Assembly (NCBI RefSeq): GCF_006345805.1
Contig: NC_042999.1
Span: 133,920,001-133,984,000, forward strand
Length of the DNA stretch: 64,000 nt
Direction: 5' to 3'
From: Octopus sinensis
Taxonomy: Eukaryota
Every line of letters starts with the position of its first letter. Position 1 is the stretch's first letter. Position numbers and translations under genes: made by a program. Under the pieces are notes generated by a model, which did not search any database, was not told the DNA's origin, and worked only from the letters and a program-made list of their open reading frames with translations. Of the stretch, positions 1 to 10,039 are shown piece after piece.

Positions 1-2710
1 AGTTGCTTGAGTGCAACGCGACACTCGCGGTGCCATTCGCCCTTCCTCGGCCTCTTTTTGATCCGCGACTGCAGTTCGGTCATGGAGACGAGCTGCGGGA
101 AAGCGTGCCTCACAAACGGCGACCACACCTGTTCACCGTCGTCTACGAAGAGCCTGAGATGTCGCAGTCTCAGCGCGTGTCTGCGCATCATGCCCAGTCC
201 TCCTTTTAACGGGTGTTGACAGCAAATGGATCGCCTGACCATCGGGACGCATCCTTTCCACAAAAAGCGAAAGAGAATGCGTTCTAGTTTGGTGATGGTA
301 GGGTCGGGAGAAGGCACGACTGTCAGGCGGTAGTAGATGACGGACGCGATGTACGTGTTCGCCACCTCCGCCCGACCTTTTAGGGACAGTTTCCTCTCGG
401 GCCATTGCCGGGCGAGAGTGACCACCCTACTCGTTATCTCGTTCCAGACCCCGAGCAACTCGACCGGGCCGTCGGTCCAGCGTCCCACGACGGAGGCGCT
501 GGTGGACGGCATGGGTTTGCTTCTCCAGGTGCCTAGTCGCAAGCCCACTGACTTTTCCCGGTTGATTTTCGCTCCTGTCACCGCTTCGTAGTTTTTCAGT
601 GTCTCGCCGACCTGCTCGATGTGCTCGTGGCTAGACACTATGACGGTGACGTCGTCCGCGTATGCAGACACGCTCGTCCCGCATCCCAATTCTCGCGGGA
701 TGCCCCTCAAAGTTGCCAGCTTCCGCAATAATGGCTCGAGAGTCAATACGTATAGAAGCGACGAGAGGGGGCATCCCTGACGGACCGAACGTGCGATGTC
801 GAAAGGTCTCGATAGATGTCCATTTATGCGAATTACCGAACGGATGCCTCTGTACAAAGCGGCTATCCAGCGCGGAAGACGGGACCGAAGCCAGCCGCTC
901 TGAGGACTGCCTCTAAGTATCGATGGTCCACCCTATCGAAAGCTTTCGATTGATCCAAATTGATCAGCGCCCCACCCATGCCAGGTTCGTTAACTACCCT
1001 GTCTATGATGTAGCGCATCAGGTGGAGGTTGTCATGGATGGTCCGGCCCGGCACGGCGCATGTTTGTGCCTTGTCGACCAGTTTCTCGATGACAAGCGCC
1101 AACCTCTTGGCTAGCACCTTGGCCAAAATTTTCAAGTCTGCATTAAGCAGAGTGATGGGCCTAAAGTTATCTATTACATTTCCCTTGTTTAGATCTTTCT
1201 TCAGCAGTGTTACAGCTCCTCGGCTCACAAAACCAGGAATGCTCCCGTTTTGCTGCCAGTTGCAGTACACCGCTGCCAAGACATCTCCAAACAAGTCTGG
1301 CATACAATTGTAAAGCTCGTAGGGTAGACCATCCAAACCCGGTGATTTTTCCCTCGAGCATTCTGCCATCGCGTCCTGCACTTCCGCCGCCGTGATGGCA
1401 CCTTCGCAGCACCCTGCCTCTCTTGTCGAGAGTCGTGGTAGGCTGTGTAGGTAGGCACTGAAGTCCACCCTACGTTCTTGCCCGCCACTCGTCCCGAACA
1501 GTCGGGCAAAATGCTGTTGAAAGGCCTCACACATTTTACTTGGCTCGAGCAATTCGCGCCCCTGTTCATCTACCAGAGACCGGATGGTGGCTTTGTTGCC
1601 CTGTTGCGCCTCTGCCACCCGGGCCTCTCTCGCGGCTCCAACATCTTCGTTCCTTAGAGCACGCATCCTAGCTCTGACAGCACACCCTTCGTGTTTGGCG
1701 TTGAAGTGTTGGTCGAGGGCCAACCTCGCCGCCAAAACGTCGGATGCGATGCCGCTTCTAATTGCCTCTTCTAGCTTCTTAACTAGCTCACCCTTTACTC
1801 TATTTCTATCTATGACTCGTGCTTTGCTGTACCTAATCGCTTCTGCTTTTACTGCTCTCTTGAGGGCAAACCACCATTTGTTGATGATGGCTCCCGTCAA
1901 AGCCCTCTTTACTAGTGTGCTAATCCGGTCTCTGAAAACCTGTCTCGATGGGAAAGACGCGTTTAGTTTCCAGTATCCGGGACCCTGCCTAAGTGTCTTA
2001 CCTAAGTCTTGCATACGTGTCACAAGTTTGTGATCCGTGTAGCTGACTATGTGGAATTGTGGACATCCTATGCTATCTCTAACTACTGTCCTACACAGTA
2101 TCCTATCTAGATACGATCTCGACGACCCGATACGGTTGTTCCATGTCCACGTTGGCGCATTCGGGTGGTCTAGTCGGAACCTGTCAGACAGTTGAAAGTG
2201 TCTGAGCAGGTCTCTGAGGCATTTGCATCCCCGTCTATTCCTATCTCTACCCACGTAGTCTACATGTGTGTCCAAGGTAGCATTCCAATCCCCCACTAAG
2301 AGTAAAGGACGAGACGTTCCCAAGAATACTTCTAGACGTTGAAAGAAATCCGCCCGACCTGTTAAGGGCGGTGCATAGACTGATACGAGTCGAAAAGCGC
2401 ACCCATTGCTGCCGTCGACATCCAGGACGACCAGTCTACCCTCCGGGTCTACGAATATTGTCTTTACTTTGAGATCCAGACTCTTGCGAAAAAGTACCGC
2501 GGTGCCACTACCGCCCATTCTTGGCAGACAGGGGGGAAAATAAATGTTGAACTGTCCGCCAAACATGGTCTTTAGGGCCCGCGGATTGTGGAGTCTGGTC
2601 TCACTTATGGCTATGATTTCTAACTTATGTGACTTTATGTCATTTAAGAGGTACCCTTGTTTCCAAGGGGACCCCAAGCCACGCGCATTTACACAACCAA
2701 TCTTGATCAT
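1..2710 (-). pseudogene. ORF2 (APE endonuclease + reverse transcriptase) with a 1-bp frameshift near 873
   Basis: The 615-aa ORF 863-2710 has APE motifs (GCVNARGL, ISETRL, VGDWN, SYLDRI, TDHK) and RT motifs (KSPGLDG, FRPITLLN, LDQSKAFDRV). The shifted frame continues WIAALY...RQGCPLS...SAYADDV (YADD at about 651-662). Confidence 0.92.
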
Positions 2711-2754
2711 AATCCTAATGAATTAGAATACAAGTGAAAGGAACAGAGGGTTAC

Positions 2755-3141
2755 TTACTGTTCGAAAGTTTTTGCTTTCTCCTCCTTTGGTTTGTCCTCG
2801 AGGAGATCCCAGTACAGTTTCTTTGTGAGATATTTTTGGCATTTACCAACCGCACTGGGGAAAATGCCTTTGAGTGTGTGGTGCAGACTTTTGGAGATGT
2901 GTAATATTTTGATGTGGTCTGGTGGTGTTGTGTATGGGTGATTGTTTGTTTTTATGTCATCTTCTGTTATGTTTGTTTTTGATTTGATGTATTCCATCAA
3001 ATTTGTGTTTTTGGTGTCTATAGCTGTGTTGGGTTTTGAAATGTCTTCGGGAGATGTATTTCCCCCTGCTTTGTCTGTGTTTGCATTTGGTTTAGTTGTG
3101 TTTCTGCTCTTTATTGTCCTTCTTTTTGTAGCTATTGCCAT
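2755..3141 (-). CDS. Probable C-terminal part of Tx1 ORF1
   Basis: 128-aa non-repetitive ORF ending 44 bp upstream of the ORF2 ATG on the same strand. No diagnostic motif seen. Confidence 0.5.
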   Translation of the reverse strand: MAIATKRRTIKSRNTTKPNANTDKAGGNTSPEDISKPNTAIDTKNTNLMEYIKSKTNITEDDIKTNNHPYTTPPDHIKILHISKSLHHTLKGIFPSAVGKCQKYLTKKLYWDLLEDKPKEEKAKTFEQ

Positions 3142-3182
3142 TCCTCACTGGTTTCGTCTTCCGAAATATGTATATATGTATG

Positions 3183-3266
<84 letters not shown>

Positions 3267-3322
3267 GAAATATTAAAATTACTAAGTCTCTCTAAAAAGA
3301 ACAACGGCAGCGTTCCCGGAAA

Positions 3323-3767
3323 ATATTAGTTATCGCCATACTAATATGGCATTCTTATAAAAATAAGAATAAAGCTGTCCGCTTATTAGCTCCATGAGGC
3401 CATCGCCTTAAGTTAGCTATTTGATACACAAACTGTATCCATATAGTAATTTTAATATTTCTATTATTGAAAACAAGTGGATGTATTCCACCGAAGCTAG
3501 GTAAATAAAACCTTTGAACAGAGATTGTCAGAAGCGACACCTACTGGTCTGGCTACGCTGCATTGAAAAGGGGCAATACCCCGAAACGCGTCTGTAGCTG
3601 CCGGCCAAGTAGTGTGGAGCGACTGACCTCCCTTGTTCAAAGGTTATATGGATACAGTTTGCGTATCAAATAGCTAACTTAAGGTGATGGCCTCATGGAG
3701 CTAATAAGCGGACAGCTTTATTCTTATTTTTATAAGAATGCCATATTAGTATGGCGATAACTAATAT
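3323..3767. repeat. Inverted-repeat cassette, 123-bp arms, 199-bp spacer containing a hammerhead; probably a Penelope-like pLTR remnant
   Basis: 3323-3445 is the reverse complement of 3645-3767 with 2 mismatches by eye. TA-rich microsatellites lie on both sides. Confidence 0.9.
3557..3598 (+). ncRNA. Minimal type I hammerhead ribozyme, U3-A8 core variant
   Basis: GCTGCA-TTGAAAA-GGGG(CAATA)CCCC-GAAAC-GC-GTC-TGTAGC: 6-bp stem I, 4-bp stem II, palindromic ACGCGT stem III, GUC triplet at 3590-3592. Confidence 0.7.
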
Positions 3768-3848
3768 ATATATATATACATACATACATATATACATACA
3801 TACATTCATACATACATGCATACATGCATACATACATACATACATACA

Positions 3849-3884
<36 letters not shown>

Positions 3885-4561
3885 TATATATTATATATAT
3901 ATACATACACATATATACGGCATATATATGTATATATATTGGCTTTGTTGTTTCATTTTATCTAACATATACATGCTCTTAGAAGACCCGCATCAGACTC
4001 CTCACTCGTACCATTTTCGCACGATTTAAGTACGATCCTTTCATAGCACTTATATAGCGTTACCTGCCAACTTGGGACTTCTGGATACCAATACCTTTCA
4101 TATATATATATATATATATACACACACTACATATGTGGGAAATTCTGTCTGTGGTTGTCTTTGTGGAGTTATTAGCTAGCTCCTCCTACATCGTTCTTTT
4201 CAAAGTTATTTACTTTGAATTGTTATTATCTCATACTTGATTAGCCTGTTATTACGTTATATGCTTCACGATTTTAGGATACCTAACTTATTCGTATTTC
4301 CTCCCATGTTCTATATACTCTGGGAACGTATTAAAGCCCCTTTTCGAGGCTACCTTATTTGAATTCTTATTATCGGGTAACTAAATTCATGCTATTGCAT
4401 AAATGACTTCACAATTTATATACCGGTGTAAACACATAAATGTGAAACAAGGTGGAAAAAAGAGTACTCAAATACCAGGGGTAGAGTAATATGCTTTATT
4501 TAACGAGAACCTGAAACTCCGAGTAACAGGTTTTGTTGAATTTCTGCTGCTTTTAAATAAA

Positions 4562-4658
<97 letters not shown>

Positions 4659-5134
4659 GTGTATGTATGTATGTGTATGTATGTATGTGTATGTATGTAT
4701 GTATGTATGTATTAATTCAAGGAGATTTAGAGGTTGTGAATCCAACCAACTAAGGGATAGTACCTACTCAATATACTGCTGGTAGAATACTTAATGAATA
4801 CACAAGTGTCGGTTATTGTGTGGCAAGTACACTACTGGGTATAATAATTAAGCGCGGGTAATAAGTGGTTTTACCCTTAATTTATATGGCAAGAAAAAAT
4901 GGAGGGAATCCAGAGGTAGTACTCATCAGCTGTTGGACTTTGTATTATGTCTATTTATTTATTTTAAACAGTTCAGATAATATATAAATATGTGTAAAGT
5001 ACTAGTAATTTCTAGAATAGAATACTATCCTCAAGACGGAATCATTACTTTGTATGTGCATATATATCTGTATGTATATGTGTGTGTGTATACTTGTGTA
5101 TGTGTATGTGTGTGTGCATATATATGTATATATA

Positions 5135-5197
<63 letters not shown>

Positions 5198-5285
5198 TCA
5201 GGATAAGATCATTAATTTAAATATCGATATTATCAAGTGGCCAGCATGGGAATAAAAACCTTCAAAGGTAATAAATTATTATTAA

Positions 5286-5822
5286 AATTGTAATTTAGGG
5301 TATCTAAGAGATACCGCCACGCTAGAAACAGCAGCCAGAACCTGACTCTAAAACCACATTGAATGTTCATACAGCACCAGGAGAGAAGACAAAAAGACAA
5401 AATAAACTAGAAAAAAATTACTGGATAATTCCAGATCCCGGATTTCTGACTTTGTTTTAACCATATCGCACGAGGAGGTATAAGGCATGCAATTTAAACT
5501 GGTCGTGTTGCATACGTGCATATATATGTATGTATACGTTCGTATATGTAAGTATTCGTATATTATATATATATATATGTGTGTGTGTGTGTGGTGTGTA
5601 GTATTTATGTTACTTTCTGCGTATATTCCACTGAAGAGGCAAGGCATTTCTTATGCAAAACCAGAAATCCAGGATCTGGAATTATCAAGTAATTTTTGCT
5701 AGTTTATTTTGTCTTTTTGTCTTCTCTCCTGGTGCTATATGAACATTTTATGTGGTTTTAGAGTCAGGTTTTGGCTGCTATTTACAGCGTCGCGGTATCT
5801 CTTAGATACACTAAATTATAAT

Positions 5823-5823
<1 letters not shown>
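5286..5823. repeat. Inverted-repeat cassette, ~162-bp diverged arms, with a hammerhead overlapping the inner end of the right arm
   Basis: 5286-5448 versus 5662-5823 are reverse complements with scattered mismatches, e.g. ggagagaagacaaaaagacaaaataaactag / ctagtttattttgtctttttgtcttctctcc. Confidence 0.88.
5625..5682 (+). ncRNA. Type I hammerhead-like motif with imperfect stem II closure
   Basis: ATTCCA-CTGAAGA-[GG...GCAT/ATGC...CCA]-GAAA-TCC(A)GGA-TC-TGGAAT: perfect 6-bp stem I, AUC triplet, G.A at the stem II closing position. Confidence 0.55.
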
Positions 5824-5854
<31 letters not shown>

Positions 5855-6175
5855 TAGGAATGAAAGCATTAATATGCAATCCCAAAACAGAACCAATTGA
5901 TTGGTTAATTATTAAATTGATTAATTGATTAATCAATTGATTGATTGATTAGTTAATTTGTTGATTAGTTTACTATATGATTGTTTTAAGCATATATCCT
6001 CTTAACGCACTAACATCGTGGAAATAAAGAAACGCCACATCAGATTATGTCTAGACAGAGATACACAACGTTTGGTTAAACAGACGTATAGGCCAAGGCT
6101 TGAACGCCTTTTATCATAGGTCTGTTCCATTAAGAGTTACCTAGAATTACACAATAACTCTAATATTAATATTAA

Positions 6176-6380
6176 TTTCAAATTTAGGATCCAAATCAAC
6201 AATTTCGGTGGGGGACCTCAGTGCGTAACTGGTACGTATATTATCGACCCCGAAACGATGAAAGGCAAAGTCGGGATCGGCTGCATTTGAAGTCGGACCG
6301 TAAAGACGGAAGAAGACGGAAGAAATGCCTTCAAGAATTTTGGCCGGCGTGCGAAGTGTTTCAGCCAGCTCGCCGCCTTA
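6176..6380 (-). mobile_element. tRNA-derived SINE (family A)
   Basis: Minus strand reads ggcggcgagctggctgaaacac...actttgcctttcatcgtttcggggtcgataat...gtaccagttacgcactg; same family as 25021 and 30873. Confidence 0.8.
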
Positions 6381-6439
6381 ATAACATTAGCAATATTGAT
6401 TCTAAATTTTCGCAGAATGCATCGGGGGAAGAGGAAAAG

Positions 6440-6518
6440 GGACTATATCGATCCCAATCCCGACTGGTACTTATTTTATCGACCCCGGAAGGATGAAAGT
6501 GAAAGTTGACCTCGGAAT
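6440..6518 (-). mobile_element. SINE family A fragment (central domain)
   Basis: ctggtacttattttatcgaccccggaaggatgaaag...gttgacctcgg. Confidence 0.65.
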
Positions 6519-7499
6519 GCCACACAAAATTTATCTAGTCAAATCTTGCAGAGATGTAAGTTCAGTTCGTCATAGAAAACGATTTTTACACTAGTTTTGT
6601 GTCAATGCGGGAAATGAGAATTTTTTGTTCGATAGCATAGTGTACTCTGGTTTCTTTAAATATATCATAGTTCCCTAAATCTTCGATATCTCTGATAGGA
6701 AATACTTTCTTTTCGTTATCTCAAAATATTTCTTAACATCTAATAATTATTTATTGTTTTCACAAATACAGTATAGTACCCACGGCTCCACAATTGCTCT
6801 AGCATTGCCAGACTAGTCTTTCCCTGGAATTTCACTCCTATATCAACCAAGAGAAGATAAAATCTAAAAAAGGATATCCTGTCTGTTGCAAGTATAGTCG
6901 TATTTTCCTCAAGTTTCTCTGGCAGCAGTATCAAAGAGAATATATATTATTAATACCGTTCGCTAATTATGAAATAATATACTTGAAGACGATGCGACTA
7001 GTGAATATAATAAGTAAATCAGTGAATTATTTAGGTACCTCTGTCGCAAACAGCGAACACCATCCTGTTTGTTTCACATTGATTTATGGTTTAGAATTAC
7101 AAACTTTAATTGGAATCTTCATTCCTTTGAAGTGAAAATAATAAAACTATGTTTATCTTTGGTGCTTGATCAATGAACACTTCCTCTTAATACAAATTGT
7201 CCGGATATTATTTTTGCATAAATCTAATTCAACATAAAACATTGAATTATTAATCTAGTTTCCTTACTGAATTGTGATTTGACACATTGTGTAATAAAAT
7301 TATGAAATAGTGAAATTTGATTATTGATTCTCTTTCATAGGCACAAAGCCACATATTTTTAGTATGCAGTGTAGTCGACCTAGTGTATAGCAGGTAGATA
7401 TTAACAGATTTTGGGAAAAAAGAACGCGAAGGTTGACATCAAGATCATAGATTTTTAAATAGAGAAATTATGGGATGCAATTATCAATATTTCCTCTTA

Positions 7500-7790
7500 C
7501 GTTTCCAACTCATATGAGGGCCTAGTAGTGTAGCTCTTCTTTAGAATAATAAAGTGCCCCATTCATATACGTTGTTACAAATTTATTGGGGTTGGGAGGC
7601 AGCACTTTCCTCTCCACACTAACTTTTCTTTCCGAATAGAACTTGAAAATTTCCATGAGGGCTTGACTGTGAAGGGAAGTGTCTGTCTTCAGTCTCTTCA
7701 GTCACGTCCAGGATAGAACCTTATTCGCCATATCCACTAGACAAAGGAGTATTGCCTGCCCTTCCCAGCCAATAATAATTATAGTAATAT
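7500..7790 (-). mobile_element. Degraded Tx1 ORF2 3' remnant
   Basis: Translates LLCLVDMANKVLSWT*LKRLKTDTSLHSQALMEIFKFYSEKK/VERKVL, which aligns by eye with MAKECIWWTRLKGLETNTFLSGQSLINLFKYHLKRKVRVERQVL in the copy at 49190-49330. Confidence 0.6.
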
Positions 7791-8376
7791 CTTATTTATC
7801 ATCGCCACAAGGGTAACGGATAAGTGGAGATATTACAGATAAGTTACAGCAAGGTGGTGGTTTACACTAAAAGAGGATGAGTCACAAAAGAAAAAAGGCA
7901 CGTGGAAGCATAAGTTTATACATTGCATAAAATCCCATAATGTCCTTAGAGGAGGAGCACCGCATAAGGACAATATAGAAACATCGCTGTTTCAGGATTA
8001 GCCTTCTTAACAAGTCAACGCGTATCCCCCAACTATCATGCTCCTGCCTTTAGGGAACCGTTGAAAATAGTAGCAATTACTTGAATCAAACTTGTCACTC
8101 TTCTTTCGAAAAGTATCCTGGTGAGCGACTTTTCCTTTTCCACATCTAACATTCTTCTCAATTGAAACATGAGTCCGTTTAATTGCATCCTCTGGGCAAC
8201 CTCTTTCACTATAGCCAACTGGCAAAGAAAAGTTGCCAGACATTACAAGTAAACGATATGATTTTTGACAATTATAGCAATTTATCACCGAAAATTAAAA
8301 AAAGGATCATTGAAAAAAACAATCAGTTATTTACATTATTTACATTTAACGGATATTTGTCATCTTGTTTGTTGTT

Positions 8377-8422
8377 AACACAACGTTTCGGCTGATATAC
8401 CCTCCAGCCTTCATCAGGTGTC
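8377..8422 (-). ncRNA. Minimal type I hammerhead ribozyme, canonical core
   Basis: GACAC-CTGATGA-A-GGCTG(GAGGGTATAT)CAGCC-GAAAC-GTT-GTGTT: 5-bp stem I, 5-bp stem II, loopless ACGT palindromic stem III, GUU triplet. Confidence 0.72.
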
Positions 8423-8484
8423 TTGGGGAAATTTCGAACCTGGGTTCTCATTCCTAAGGTATTTTTCGATGTTATTATTATTAC

Positions 8485-8539
8485 TATTCAGGTCACTGCC
8501 TGGAATCGAACTCCGAGTTCGATTCCAGGCAGTGACCTG

Positions 8540-8543
<4 letters not shown>
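8485..8543. repeat. Perfect palindrome, 29-bp arms, 1-nt centre
   Basis: tattcaggtcactgcctggaatcgaactc-c-gagttcgattccaggcagtgacctgaata. Confidence 0.95.
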
Positions 8544-8590
<47 letters not shown>

Positions 8591-8751
8591 GAGAGAGTGC
8601 CAGCCTTGACAGCGGCTGGACGTGTTCCTCACTGCTCTGACAGTTCGGTGGCTGAAAGCCATAGAAACACTAATATGGGCCAGTTTAGCAACGGGGAAAA
8701 ATAACTCTCAAAGACTGGAACATCTACAATACCTCGTGAGTATTTGAAATT

Positions 8752-9663
8752 CTCTTCAAAGTGGGTTAAGAAATTTACAAATTTACATATCTGCAGCTTT
8801 CAAACATACATCCGATCGGCTTTAAAAACTTTAATACCCATAACTGCCTCTGTAAGCACCCTTTTTTTTCTTCTCTCTAAAAACATCACGCTTTTCTTTT
8901 TGTGGACTTGCAAAACCCTAAAACTTTCTATGAAAATCTGACTTTTCTTTGCTTCCTCCCAGAATATTCAAATATAAATGTAAACATATACTCTTTATTG
9001 CAAAACACACCTGTTCTTCTAACTGGACATACAAACATCTCTAGAGGGGTCAACTTCAACCTCCACAATATTACCTTGCACGAAATATACAAACACATTT
9101 TATTGCAATAACACAAACGCACATGGAAAAAATAATGATGCTAAGATTCTCTCTGGTCGAACACAGCTTCTCTATTCACAAATAATACAGAACAGCCCTT
9201 CAAAATAAGTTAAGAAAATTTACAAATTTACATATCTACAGTTTTCAATCATACATTCGACCAGCTTTAAAAACTTTGATACCCACAATTGCCTCTGTAA
9301 ACATCCTTTTTTTTTTCTTCTCTCTAAAAACATCACGCTTTTCTTTTTTTCTTTTTGTGGACTTACAAAACCCTAAAACTTTCTATGAAAATCTGACTTT
9401 TCTTTGCTTCCTCCCTGAATATTCAAATATAATTGTAAACATATACTTTTTATTGTAAAAACACACCTGTTCTTCTAACTGGACATACAAACACCTCTAG
9501 AAAAGTCAACTTCAACCTCCACAATATTACCTTACAGGAAATATACAAACACTTTGTATTGCAATAACACAAACGCACGTGGAAAAAAAAAAAATGATGA
9601 TGCTACGATCCTCTCTGGTCGAACACAACTTCTCGATTCACAAACAATACAGAACAGCCCTTC
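8752..9663. repeat. Diverged tandem duplication, ~445-bp unit x2
   Basis: Shared blocks such as ccctaaaactttctatgaaaatctgacttttctttgcttcctccc at about 8916 and 9371, and tctctctggtcgaacaca at about 9148 and 9611. Confidence 0.9.
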
Positions 9664-10039
9664 CTTAATTTTTCTTAAGCCTAATAGTAGTAAACATCTG
9701 AACTTTTTTTGACCGATAGGACCGCACCTAAAAAAAAAGAAGAAAAAAAAAGACAGTCAGCCAGCCAACCACCAAGCCAGCCAACGAGACAGACAGACAC
9801 TACTGTGATGGTGATAATGATAAAAAAACAAAAATAACAATAATAAGATACTGCTGTGACTACACATAAAACAATATCATTGATGATGATGGTGGTGATG
9901 GTGATGGTGATGATGATAATGATGATGGTAATGGTGGTGATAATGATGATAGTGATGGTAATGGTGATGATAATAACAATAATAAGCCGACTACGGCTGC
10001 TATAATGGTACGATTATAATTGTAATGGCAATGATGGCC

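Larger units (their letters stand above)
1..3170 (-). mobile_element. Tx1/L1-clade non-LTR retrotransposon, 5'-truncated in ORF1; 3' end runs off the window start
   Basis: ORF1 C-terminal fragment, then an APE endonuclease + RT ORF2. Positions 1-427 are closely homologous to the second copy starting at 48278. Confidence 0.93.
8320..8545 (-). mobile_element. Hammerhead-bearing short repeat, copy A (Penelope pLTR-like)
   Basis: Same sequence recurs at 14005-14180 (+) and 63715-64000 (-). Confidence 0.8.

Noticed and set aside
2630-2710. Chimeric Tx1 (AT-rich 5' end versus GC-rich body)
   Set aside because: The APE reading frame and motifs are continuous; a composition gradient alone is not evidence of recombination.
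4895-4935. Hammerhead at minus-strand CTGATGA
   Set aside because: No stem II or GAAA partner found nearby.
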